A stretch of DNA of 64,000 nucleotides from assembly GCA_030272735.1 (NCBI GenBank), contig JARXKL010000001.1, positions 75,571-139,570 on the forward strand, written 5' to 3'. The position numbers were made by a program, and so were the translations under genes. Source of the stretch: Patescibacteria group bacterium. Its GTDB lineage: Bacteria; Patescibacteriota; Saccharimonadia; Saccharimonadales; UBA4665. The notes below the pieces were generated by a model. It was given only the letters and a program-made list of their open reading frames with translations, was not told the origin of the DNA and did no database searches. Below, in pieces: positions 1 to 8,452 of this stretch (positions are counted from its first letter, which is position 1; each line of letters opens with the position of its first letter).

Positions 1-1
1 A

Positions 2-160
2 GTTGAAGCAGGTACCGCTGCAGGCTTAGTGTCTTTCGGCATGCCATTGCACACGGCTATAGCGGCGGCTGTTATTTACAGGATTATTAGCTTTTGGATA
101 CCACTACTCGTAGGATTCAGTGCGTTTATTTATTGCCAGAGAAAACACTACTTCGGGTAG
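2..160 (+). CDS. 3' end of a membrane protein gene (flippase-like/UPF0104-type C-terminus); 5' end lies outside the window
   Basis: Own translation of frame 2 from the window edge: VEAGTAAGLVSFGMPLHTAIAAAVIYRIISFWIPLLVGFSAFIYCQRKHYFG*. The hydrophobic helices resemble the C-terminus of that family. Confidence 0.4.
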   Translation, partial: VEAGTAAGLVSFGMPLHTAIAAAVIYRIISFWIPLLVGFSAFIYCQRKHYFG

Positions 161-212
161 CGACTTAATCATAAGCATACTGTATACTTAGCCTAATGAA
201 TACGGTTATGTT

Positions 213-1124
213 ATGAGTAAGCATGTCGGAAAAGGCCACATATTTTTGCATCGCTTAAAGTTTGGTATTAGCGCTTTTATTGTTCTGGAACTCATTATTT
301 TTGTGGTTGTGCTGCTTAGCGGAAAAAATTTTGCCGTACTCAATCCAAAAGGTTTTATTGCTAGTGCCCAGTCAAATGTCATTTTACTTTCAGCAGCAAT
401 ATTGTTCACCATTGCAATACCCACTTTAGTAATCCTCTATTTTGTAGCGTGGAAGTACCGGGAGACTAATACGCACGCCGAATACGATCCGCAAGAGAAT
501 CACGGAAAAATGTTTGATTTTGGTATATGGGCTATTCCGAGTTTTTTTATGCTGCTAATGGCTTTCGTCATGATCCCTGCCACACATAGGCTAGACCCAC
601 GGCAACAAATCAGCTCGTATAATAAGCCCCTCACTATTCAAGTTATTGCTATGCGTTGGAAATGGGTCTTTTTATATCCCGATCAAAATATAGCAACGGT
701 CAATTTCGTGCAGATTCCAACGGATACGCCAGTTGAATTTGAACTTTCTGCTGATGAGTCGCCAATGAGTTCGTTCTGGATTCCCAACCTTGGAGGCCAG
801 CTATACGCCATGACGGGTCATGTGAATACATTGCACTTACTGGCAGATAAACCTGGCGATTATGCAGGTAGTACTGCCGAGCTAACCGGTGCTGGCTTTT
901 CGGGTATGAAATTTGTCGCTCGAGCTAGTTCACAAGATAATTTTGATTCTTGGGTCAATGAAGCCAAAAACTCACCGAGCGCTCTCACTAGTGAAGAATA
1001 TGCTCATTTGTTAAAACCGAGTGAGCACAATGCTGCCACTTTGTACGCCAAAACTGACCCAGAGTTATTCAGTACAATGCTCGCAAAATATGCTGGCTCA
1101 CATGACCACGGGATGCACGAATGA
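213..1124 (+). CDS. cyoA: cytochrome bo3-type quinol oxidase subunit II (CuA ligands absent)
   Basis: Two N-terminal TM helices plus a cupredoxin domain. The motif TAELTGAGFSGMKF replaces the CuA CxExCxxxHxxM site, as in quinol oxidases. First gene of the cyoABCDE order. Confidence 0.85.
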   Translation: MSKHVGKGHIFLHRLKFGISAFIVLELIIFVVVLLSGKNFAVLNPKGFIASAQSNVILLSAAILFTIAIPTLVILYFVAWKYRETNTHAEYDPQENHGKMFDFGIWAIPSFFMLLMAFVMIPATHRLDPRQQISSYNKPLTIQVIAMRWKWVFLYPDQNIATVNFVQIPTDTPVEFELSADESPMSSFWIPNLGGQLYAMTGHVNTLHLLADKPGDYAGSTAELTGAGFSGMKFVARASSQDNFDSWVNEAKNSPSALTSEEYAHLLKPSEHNAATLYAKTDPELFSTMLAKYAGSHDHGMHE

Positions 1125-3211
1125 AAGAATTTTTCTTAGGTAGATTAAACATGCATGCGTTGCCGCATGAGTGGTTTTCCGTTGGCGGTACTGCAGGTTT
1201 TATGGGTCTATTTATTCTCGCAGCCATAATACTGACTCGTACAAAGCGTTGGAAGTGGCTCTGGAATGACTGGCTTACCTCTGTAGACCCGAAAAAAATC
1301 GGCATAATGTATTTCATCGTAGGCGCCTTTATGCTCGTGCGAGGTGGCGTAGATGCCATTATGATATGGCTTCAGCAGGCACTATCATCTGGATCATCTC
1401 ACGGTTATCTTACGGCTGATCATTTCCAGCAAATATTTACTGCTCACGGCAATATTATGGTTTTCTTTGTGGCGATGGCTTTTATCTTTGGACTCATAAA
1501 TTATATTGTGCCTCTACAGATCGGCGCGCGCGATCTGGCATCACCATTCATGAACACACTCGGTTTCTGGCTCTACATCGGCGGGGTTGTTATGGTAAAT
1601 ATGTTCTTCGCTTTCGGTGGCGAATACGCAGCTACTGGTTGGCTGGCCGCTTCCCCGCTATCGAGTATCCAGTTTAGCCCAGGTGTCGGTGTCGATTATT
1701 GGATATGGAGTTTACAGATATCAGGGATAGGAACGACATTAGGTGCGATAAACTTTATTATGACTATCCTCAAAATGCGCGCACCAGGCATGAGCTTATG
1801 GAAGATGCCATTGTTCACCTGGGGCTCACTGTGCAGCATGATAATGGCGGTAATAGTTTTCCCATTGCTCACCGCTACGCTGTTCCTCATGTTCTTTGAT
1901 CGATCGTTCGGTACACATTTCTTTACTACGACCGGGGGTGGAGACCCTATGATGTACACCAATCTTATATGGATGTGGGGTCACCCAGAGGTTTACATCT
2001 TGATGCTACCAGCTTTTGGCGTCTTCTCTGAGGTTGTAACAACGTTTAGCCGCAAGTCAATTGCGAGCTATACCTCTAATGTACTCGGTATGATTGGCGT
2101 AACATTATTTGCACTTTCAGTTTGGCTACATCACTTCTTTACAATGGGCGCCAGTGCCGATGTCAATGCCTTCTTTGGCGTAATGACACTTTTCATAGCT
2201 ATTCCTACCTCCGTGCTCGTGTTTACATGGATTGCAACTATGCGTAAAGGCCGCATTCGATACGACACTCCGATGCTGTGGTTCCTCGGTTTTATTGCTA
2301 CCTTTACAATTGGCGGTATTGCCGGTTTAATTTTAGCTGTTCCGCCAGCCGATTTTCAGCTGCACAACAGCTTATTCTTAGTGGCTCATTTCCATTCAAT
2401 GGTCATAGGCGGAGTATTATTTGGTATATTTGCTGGCTTAAATTTCTGGTTCCCTAAATTTACCGGCTTCAGGCTGAATGACAAAATTGGACGATATTCC
2501 TTTTATTGCTGGATAACAGGTTTTTGTCTGTCATTCATCCCAATGTATATTCTTGGTCTGATGGGAGCGACACGTCGCCTCGACCATTATGATGGCGCTA
2601 CCGGTTGGCAGCCGCTGTATATATCGATGTTCATAGGTGGCTTAGTAATTGCAACTGGCGTAGCACTACAATTTGCACAAATTCTGGCTAGTTATCTGCA
2701 AAAGTATCGGTTGCGGGACGAAACAGGTGACCCATGGGACGGACGAACTTTGGAATGGGCTGTAGCCTCTCGCCCGCCCTATTATAACTTTACGGTTATA
2801 CCCGAAGTTACGACACGCGATGCATTTATGGCGATGAAGTCCGCTGGGACAGTTAAAACCGTTTACGAAGATATTATTATTCCGAAAAATACCGCTGCGG
2901 GTATATACATTGCCATCTTTGCTTTTTTTGCTGGCTTTGGATTTGTTTGGCACATTATGTGGTTAGCCTTTGTATCGATCATTGGAGCGATAGTCGTATT
3001 TATCATTCGCGGATTCCATGATGATAGCGAATACACTCTTACGGCGGCCGAGGTTGAGAAACTGGAAAAAGCTAGAATTGCTAAAGCTAAACTAGCAGTT
3101 CCCGGCAAATACGACCATACCGATGAAGATATGGGCCTTCAACAGTTAATTGGCATCAGTTATACATTTTTGATCGATATCGTAAAGAATAAACGGTGGC
3201 GAACATGGTAA
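1121..3211 (+). CDS. cyoB: haem-copper oxidase subunit I (cytochrome o ubiquinol oxidase subunit I)
   Basis: 696 aa polytopic protein with WGHPEVYILMLPAFG and WLHHFFTMG haem/CuB histidine motifs. Overlaps cyoA by 4 nt. Confidence 0.95.
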   Translation: MKEFFLGRLNMHALPHEWFSVGGTAGFMGLFILAAIILTRTKRWKWLWNDWLTSVDPKKIGIMYFIVGAFMLVRGGVDAIMIWLQQALSSGSSHGYLTADHFQQIFTAHGNIMVFFVAMAFIFGLINYIVPLQIGARDLASPFMNTLGFWLYIGGVVMVNMFFAFGGEYAATGWLAASPLSSIQFSPGVGVDYWIWSLQISGIGTTLGAINFIMTILKMRAPGMSLWKMPLFTWGSLCSMIMAVIVFPLLTATLFLMFFDRSFGTHFFTTTGGGDPMMYTNLIWMWGHPEVYILMLPAFGVFSEVVTTFSRKSIASYTSNVLGMIGVTLFALSVWLHHFFTMGASADVNAFFGVMTLFIAIPTSVLVFTWIATMRKGRIRYDTPMLWFLGFIATFTIGGIAGLILAVPPADFQLHNSLFLVAHFHSMVIGGVLFGIFAGLNFWFPKFTGFRLNDKIGRYSFYCWITGFCLSFIPMYILGLMGATRRLDHYDGATGWQPLYISMFIGGLVIATGVALQFAQILASYLQKYRLRDETGDPWDGRTLEWAVASRPPYYNFTVIPEVTTRDAFMAMKSAGTVKTVYEDIIIPKNTAAGIYIAIFAFFAGFGFVWHIMWLAFVSIIGAIVVFIIRGFHDDSEYTLTAAEVEKLEKARIAKAKLAVPGKYDHTDEDMGLQQLIGISYTFLIDIVKNKRWRTW

Positions 3212-3807
3212 AAGAACACGTTTTAAGCCACAAAGAACTGCACGAAGAAGCTGCCGACGACCGTGTAATGTTCGGCTTCTGGATATATCTTATGACTGAC
3301 CTCTTAATTTTCTCGGTTTTGTTCGCGACTTACTCAGTATTACATACTCGCACGCTGGGTGGAGCCCCAGGCAGCGCACTATTCAGTCGGCCGCTTGCTC
3401 TCACAGAAACTCTCATATTGCTCACGAGCAGTTTCACTTGCGGCATTGGCATGATAATGGCACGACAGCGTAAGCAAGCACAAACGTTAGTGTGGTTTGG
3501 CCTAACGTTTATTTTGGGGTTAGCCTTCTTGAGTTTAGAACTTAGAGAATTTTCTGCATTCATTCATGAGGGTCATACCCTGCAGACCAATGCATTCCTG
3601 TCTTCATTCTTTGTGTTAGTGGGCACGCACGGACTCCATATAACCTCTGGTTTACTCTGGATGGGAATTACCCTCGGATACATTGTTAAGCGCGGTCTAA
3701 ACGCTCCCCTGGTTCGGAAACTCGCTATGCTTAGCCTGTTCTGGCACTTCTTGGATATTGTCTGGATATTTATCTTCACCATCGTATACATGGGGGCATA
3801 TACATGA
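3196..3807 (+). CDS. cyoC: cytochrome o ubiquinol oxidase subunit III
   Basis: 203 aa, 5 TM, with FWHFLDIVWIFIFT typical of subunit III. Correct operon position. Confidence 0.9.
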   Translation: MANMVKEHVLSHKELHEEAADDRVMFGFWIYLMTDLLIFSVLFATYSVLHTRTLGGAPGSALFSRPLALTETLILLTSSFTCGIGMIMARQRKQAQTLVWFGLTFILGLAFLSLELREFSAFIHEGHTLQTNAFLSSFFVLVGTHGLHITSGLLWMGITLGYIVKRGLNAPLVRKLAMLSLFWHFLDIVWIFIFTIVYMGAYT

Positions 3808-4496
3808 ACCATCATCTGCATCCCAAAGGCAGCGGCCATACCAGTGAGCGAGGTACGATAATATCTTACATTATTGGCTTTGCACTCTCTTTGATCTTGA
3901 CCTTTGTGACGTATTACTTGGTTGACAAGCAATCTGTTTCAGGCCAGACACTTATGGTAACAATACTTGGTTTTGGCGTATTGCAAATGCTCGTACAAAT
4001 ATTTTTCTTTTTGCATTTGGGTCGTGGGCCTAAGCCTTTATATAATGTCGTATTTTTTGGAGCGACAGTTGGCATAATTATGGTTGTAGTTGGTGGGTCG
4101 ATAATTATTGTTAATAACTTACATTACAATAGCTTGGCACCCGATCAGGTTAAAAAAGTTGTCGACGACGAGGCCATTTATCAAATAAATGGTCACGAAA
4201 CAGGCGCATGCCATGGGCAGTATGCAAATCATCACGTGTCAATAAAATATGGAATTATCACCCCGCTGCACACACAAGCAAAAAAATGCGACACGCTGAC
4301 ATTTCTGAATGAAGACACGGTGTCTCGAGAAATCACATTCGGCACTCACCCCGAGCATAAAGCGTATGCCGGTGACAGCTACGTGCCCGTTAGAAAAGGA
4401 CTTTCGAAAACAATAACACTCTCAGAAGCAGGCAGTTTTAAGTTCCATGATCATCAGCAAGCTGAAGTCGCTGGTGACTTTACGGTCGTCCCATAA
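3804..4496 (+). CDS. cyoD: cytochrome o ubiquinol oxidase subunit IV fused to a C-terminal cupredoxin-like domain of about 110 aa
   Basis: The N-terminal ~110 aa have 3 TM like CyoD (FFFLHLG). The C-terminal part (KCDTLTFLNEDTVSREITFGTHPEH...AGSFKFHDHQQAEVAGDFTVV) follows the cupredoxin beta-sandwich pattern. Confidence 0.75.
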   Translation: MNHHLHPKGSGHTSERGTIISYIIGFALSLILTFVTYYLVDKQSVSGQTLMVTILGFGVLQMLVQIFFFLHLGRGPKPLYNVVFFGATVGIIMVVVGGSIIIVNNLHYNSLAPDQVKKVVDDEAIYQINGHETGACHGQYANHHVSIKYGIITPLHTQAKKCDTLTFLNEDTVSREITFGTHPEHKAYAGDSYVPVRKGLSKTITLSEAGSFKFHDHQQAEVAGDFTVVP

Positions 4497-5377
4497 TGGC
4501 AAAAAAAGCGCAGGAAACGGGTAAGTTCCGCGCTTACTACCTGCTGACTAAACCAGGCATTATCCGCGGAAACATACTTGTTGCCGCAGGCGGCTTTTTA
4601 TTTGCTGCTCGAGGGCATGTGGATATTTTGTTGCTTTTAGCTACGCTTATCGGTACTTCCCTAGTCATTGCATCTGCGTGCGTACTGAACAATTACATTG
4701 ACCGAGATATTGATACGCGAATGGAACGCACTAAAAAACGAGCATTGGTAACCGGCTTTATTACCCCTTCATCAGCACTGATTTACGCTGCAGTTTTGGG
4801 CATTTCAGGCACGATCATTTTATTTGTGTATGTTAACGCCCTGACTGGCGTAATAGGACTATTTGGTTTTTTTGCGTATGTCGTTCTTTATACCTACGCC
4901 AAAAGGCTGACGACGCACGGTACCGTTATAGGCAGCATTTCCGGGGCCATACCACCGGTCGCCGGCTACGCCGCTGTAACGAACTACTTAGATGTTACTG
5001 CCTTGCTGCTATTTATTATTTTAGTAGCTTGGCAAATGCCGCATTTTTACGCCATCGCTGTTTTCCGCCAGGATGAATACGCCGCTGCCAAAATCCCCGT
5101 TTTGCCGGTAAAAAAAGGACTGCATGCTACTAAAATCCAGATTACTCTTTATATTATTGCCTTCACGGCTGTTTGCGTGTCTCTAGGCATTTTAAGCTAC
5201 GCCAGTACCGGATATTTGATTGTTATGACAGGTATGTCGTTACTGTGGCTAAGGCTTGCTATAAAGGGTTTTAAAGCTGATAACGATCACAAATGGGCGC
5301 GTGAGGTCTTTGGTATGTCACTGCTCGTGATATTGGTGTTTAGCATTATGCTCTCGTTAAATTCACTGTTCTCTTGA
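4496..5377 (+). CDS. cyoE: protohaem IX farnesyltransferase (haem O synthase)
   Basis: 293 aa UbiA-family protein with NNYIDRDID and DxxxD-type motifs. Last gene of the cyo operon. Confidence 0.9.
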   Translation: MAKKAQETGKFRAYYLLTKPGIIRGNILVAAGGFLFAARGHVDILLLLATLIGTSLVIASACVLNNYIDRDIDTRMERTKKRALVTGFITPSSALIYAAVLGISGTIILFVYVNALTGVIGLFGFFAYVVLYTYAKRLTTHGTVIGSISGAIPPVAGYAAVTNYLDVTALLLFIILVAWQMPHFYAIAVFRQDEYAAAKIPVLPVKKGLHATKIQITLYIIAFTAVCVSLGILSYASTGYLIVMTGMSLLWLRLAIKGFKADNDHKWAREVFGMSLLVILVFSIMLSLNSLFS

Positions 5378-5420
5378 TGCAAGGAGAACGCTCTAAAGCA
5401 AATTACATTGCACTTATTAT

Positions 5421-5723
5421 CTAAGATGCTTTATTGATAAATAATCCAACGGCGATTGAAGTGTAAAGAATCACCCCTGATATTTCCACAAGAATGAGGG
5501 GTTTGTCCTTATGTTTGAGTGCATATATCAGCCAGACTAATGCAATTACAGAATACGCAGCCCACGTGCTGAACGATGACCCCTGTTTATGCTCAAACCA
5601 AACAGTATAAAACTGCGGGATAGTCATAATGGGTGTTGCAATTGCGGCAAGATACACCAACCGATCAATCACAGGTTCGGGCTTTTTACGTCGATGTTTT
5701 GCTAGTTTTTTGTGTTTAGGCAC
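5421..5723 (-). CDS. SemiSWEET / PQ-loop family small transporter (3 TM)
   Basis: 100 aa. Contains a PQ motif (IMTIPQFYTVW), then G.S...W, then WLIYALKHKDKP, matching SemiSWEET architecture. Confidence 0.5.
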   Translation of the reverse strand: MPKHKKLAKHRRKKPEPVIDRLVYLAAIATPIMTIPQFYTVWFEHKQGSSFSTWAAYSVIALVWLIYALKHKDKPLILVEISGVILYTSIAVGLFINKAS

Positions 5724-5787
5724 AAATAAATAATAGCATAATACTTATGTTTGGTTGAGGCCAAGGAATGACGTTAGCATGAGCATG

Positions 5788-6714
5788 TTAGGAACGAACG
5801 CGCTCGTGCTCGACTTGAGTTGTGCCCGGCAGGAGGTAGTCATTACCAGGGAATTCTAACCGCAATGTTTCACGTATGGGCTTGAGTTTTGCACTCGTCA
5901 CCGCGGATACGTGTTGTTTGTAATAGCATGTTTTTGTTCTAGCATTGTAACGAATAGAATAGTTCCTGCCTGGGTCGCCTGCTCCAACATGGAATATGCG
6001 CACCTGCCCAGCGCACATAGGCGGCGTGACCGTAACGGCCCGCGGCTTAGTGGTGGGGTTATAATCAAGCACCTGCGGCGGTACGCTCAGTTCAATCAGC
6101 TGTGTGTAGCCATCGCCAATCACAATTGGCCCTGCCCTGCCGCTATCCGAGATATACTGCGCCTTCAAATCCACGCTAAGTTTTTTATGCTGGGCGCGGA
6201 TGCTGGCTGCATCCGGGCAATTGCTGGCTTCATCCATTTTCGCAATTTTAGAAATGCCTTCGGGGCTCACATAGGTACAATAACCAGTTGTTACACTTGG
6301 CGCCTGCCGCGAGAATGCGGCATCACCAGTCACTTTCTCGCCTTTTTGTAAGAAGAATAACGTCAACGAGGAAGCTGTACAAACTACTTCGGTCGGCTGA
6401 TCTGCACTAATCCGCACATATCTATAGCCTGATCTTAACTTTTTACCAGCACAATAAGCGTGCGTACTATCCACCACACCCTGGACTGCACCTTTTTTAA
6501 TCGGTGCACCATCTTGATTAGACACCCCAATGGCTGCCAGTTGATACGTCGGCGTACCATAAATAACTAGCTTGCCGGTGGGTAGCTGGCTATCTGCGTG
6601 ACTGGCAACCAGCATAAAAGTTCCGCCGACTGCGACGACAAGAATAATAACGATTGGAATAATGGCATGAGTAATACCTGCCGCGGTGAGTCTGGTGTGG
6701 TTGAATAGTTTCAT
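5788..6714 (-). CDS. hypothetical N-terminally anchored, Cys-containing exported protein
   Basis: 308 aa with a single N-terminal TM (IIPIVIILVVAVGGTFMLVA) and 8 Cys in the ectodomain. No recognisable family. Extended -10 promoter (TGGTACAAT) about 30-40 nt upstream. Confidence 0.6.
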   Translation of the reverse strand: MKLFNHTRLTAAGITHAIIPIVIILVVAVGGTFMLVASHADSQLPTGKLVIYGTPTYQLAAIGVSNQDGAPIKKGAVQGVVDSTHAYCAGKKLRSGYRYVRISADQPTEVVCTASSLTLFFLQKGEKVTGDAAFSRQAPSVTTGYCTYVSPEGISKIAKMDEASNCPDAASIRAQHKKLSVDLKAQYISDSGRAGPIVIGDGYTQLIELSVPPQVLDYNPTTKPRAVTVTPPMCAGQVRIFHVGAGDPGRNYSIRYNARTKTCYYKQHVSAVTSAKLKPIRETLRLEFPGNDYLLPGTTQVEHERVRS

Positions 6715-6826
6715 AGATGTTTTTATATGGTTTATTTTGTAACGTATTCAAATTGTACCACGCTTGTCCAGATGTGCTAACGCCTGGGTGTATCATACTG
6801 AAACAAGCTAGTTGAGCGCCGCTAAA

Positions 6827-6842
6827 GCTGGGGCGGAAGGAT
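6827..6842 (-). repeat. degenerate copy of the 3' end of tRNA-Gln (acceptor 3' strand plus T-stem 3' strand)
   Basis: gctggggcggaaggat here versus gctggggcggcaggat at 6986-7001 (15/16 identical, same orientation). No matching T-stem 5' half, so it is a fragment and not a tRNA. Confidence 0.5.
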
Positions 6843-6949
6843 AGTGCACGTTAGTCCAGGCGCCCGCTGCCGCTGGGACCTGTGCTCGCGAAACGTGCCG
6901 CAGGCACTTACGACCGAACAGTTCGAATAATCCACACACCCTCAAACAC

Positions 6950-6982
6950 GAAGAATGACCTACGCTGGGCAGGTCATTCTTC
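6950..6982 (-). terminator. 12-bp hairpin immediately 3' of tRNA-Gln
   Basis: GAAGAATGACCT-(9 nt loop)-AGGTCATTCTTC. Only a short U tract (GUGUUUG) follows on the minus strand. Confidence 0.5.
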
Positions 6983-6983
6983 G

Positions 6984-7058
6984 TGGCTGGGGCGGCAGGA
7001 TTCGAACCTGCGAATGCTGGTACCAAAAACCAGTGCCTTACCACTTGGCGACGCCCCA
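6984..7058 (-). tRNA. tRNA-Gln (anticodon UUG), CCA encoded
   Basis: The reverse complement folds as a cloverleaf: acceptor UGGGGCG/CGCCCCA, anticodon stem CUGGU/ACCAG with loop UUUUGGU, T arm GCAGG-UUCGAAU-CCUGC, then G-CCA. Confidence 0.95.
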
Positions 7059-7119
7059 ATAACAGATTGATTTTAACGTATGAACGCACAATTAACAACT
7101 CTATTGCGCTCAGTATCTA

Positions 7120-7148
7120 TTGACCGCATCGCAAAAATATAGTAGTAT
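7120..7148 (+). promoter_or_regulatory. candidate sigma70-type promoter
   Basis: TTGACC - 17 nt - TAGTAT, about 30 nt upstream of the 7180 start (RBS AAGGA). Confidence 0.45.
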
Positions 7149-7179
7149 AGTGTTTTAAGCGTAACAAGGATCAAATATT

Positions 7180-7446
7180 ATGTCTGCAAATAGCATCGAA
7201 ACAGCTCAGGACCATACGCCTGTTCTAGAAAGAATCATGAACGGCGCTGTTGCCGTTGTAGGCGCTGCAGGTATTATAGCTGGCGGGGTCGCCGTTGAGC
7301 ATTATGCTGAAAACGCAATTGGCAATGAAGACCCTTTTGACGCGACAACACTGACACTGGCAGGCTTCTCTGCAGGAGCTCTCGCAGTAAGTGTTATGAA
7401 GTCTGCACTGCGCAACAGAGAAATTTTGCGCAATCGTAGCGTTTAA
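7180..7446 (+). CDS. small Gly/Ala-rich two-helix membrane protein
   Basis: 88 aa. Helices AVAVVGAAGIIAGGVAV and LTLAGFSAGALAVSV are separated by an acidic loop. Same design as the ORFs at 28367 and 28650. Confidence 0.5.
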   Translation: MSANSIETAQDHTPVLERIMNGAVAVVGAAGIIAGGVAVEHYAENAIGNEDPFDATTLTLAGFSAGALAVSVMKSALRNREILRNRSV

Positions 7447-7493
7447 ATATAAATGGACGCTTGCACAGTAGTTTGTTAGAGTTGAGTAAAGTT

Positions 7494-8432
7494 ATGGCTA
7501 AAAATATACAGAGGAATCCGGCTGATTTTATACAGCCTTTAAATATTAATGGCATGGAAGGCCGCATGTTGCGCATGCCAGCCCAAGTTAATGGACATGC
7601 AAGCGAAATACTCTACATATATGGTCTGCATTCAAGCCTGGAGCGATGGTGGGGGCTTATTCAGGTATTGAACCGATACGGAGCAGTTACCGCTCCTGAT
7701 ATGCCAGGTTTTGGTGGCATGGACAGCTTTTATAAAATAGGCAAAAAGCCTACGCTAGATAACTATGCTGATTATCTTGCTGCGTTAGTTAAACTGCGTT
7801 ATCGTCGTAAAAAAGTTGTCATTGTTGGGCTTAGTTTTGGATTTTTAATTGCAACGCGGATGCTGCAGCGCTATCCGGAACTTACTAAAAAAGTGACATT
7901 ACTAGTTAGCCTTGTAGGATTTGCCCATCAGGATGATTTTACCTTTAGTAAGCCCCGTTATAACTTTTATTTATATGGCACAAAAATTATCAAAACTAAG
8001 CCTGGTTCAATGCTGTTTCGTACTATAGCTTTGAACCCATCGGTGTTACGAACCTTCTACGGCCGTACGCACAACGCTAAACATAAGTATGCTCAGGCAA
8101 ACAACGATGCAGAAACCGAGCAAATCAAAGAAATTGAAGTAGGTTTATGGCGCAATAACGATGCACGCACATGGGCATTCACCACAAATGAATTCCTAAC
8201 TTTAGATAATTGTAAAGTTCGCGTCAATTTACCTGTATGGCACGTGGGCGCTAAGGTTGATAACTATTTCGATAATAATATTGTTGAGCAACACATGCGC
8301 GTAATATTCTCGGGCTATGAAAGCGCTATGCTTGACCTTGTAGCGCATGCGCCAAGTGTTATTGCTACCGAGAATGATGCTGCAGCACTGATTCCGCCAC
8401 GGCTACGTAAACGCCTTAACAAACTCGACTGA
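7494..8432 (+). CDS. alpha/beta-fold hydrolase
   Basis: The ORF track begins at a TTG at 7461. I prefer the ATG at 7494 (MAKNIQ...). GLSFG nucleophile-elbow-like motif and HG-type oxyanion region (YIYGLHSS). Confidence 0.7.
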   Translation: MAKNIQRNPADFIQPLNINGMEGRMLRMPAQVNGHASEILYIYGLHSSLERWWGLIQVLNRYGAVTAPDMPGFGGMDSFYKIGKKPTLDNYADYLAALVKLRYRRKKVVIVGLSFGFLIATRMLQRYPELTKKVTLLVSLVGFAHQDDFTFSKPRYNFYLYGTKIIKTKPGSMLFRTIALNPSVLRTFYGRTHNAKHKYAQANNDAETEQIKEIEVGLWRNNDARTWAFTTNEFLTLDNCKVRVNLPVWHVGAKVDNYFDNNIVEQHMRVIFSGYESAMLDLVAHAPSVIATENDAAALIPPRLRKRLNKLD

Positions 8433-8452
8433 ATGGTATACTGGACTACACT

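Noticed and set aside
6808-6950. Possible small (4.5S-type) SRP RNA, because the minus strand contains AGGUCC-CAGC-GGCAGCGGG, which resembles the domain IV core AGGUCC-GGAA-GGAAGCAGC
   Set aside because: The loop is not a GNRA/GGAA tetraloop. The highly conserved A residues of the symmetric and asymmetric loops are missing. I cannot build the long closing helix. It is kept only as an unexplained structured or relic segment.
6808-7098. ORF-track entries 6808..7098(-) and 6882..7070(+)
   Set aside because: Both run straight through tRNA-Gln and its terminator hairpin, with no RBS. They are spurious ORFs created by a GC-rich RNA region.
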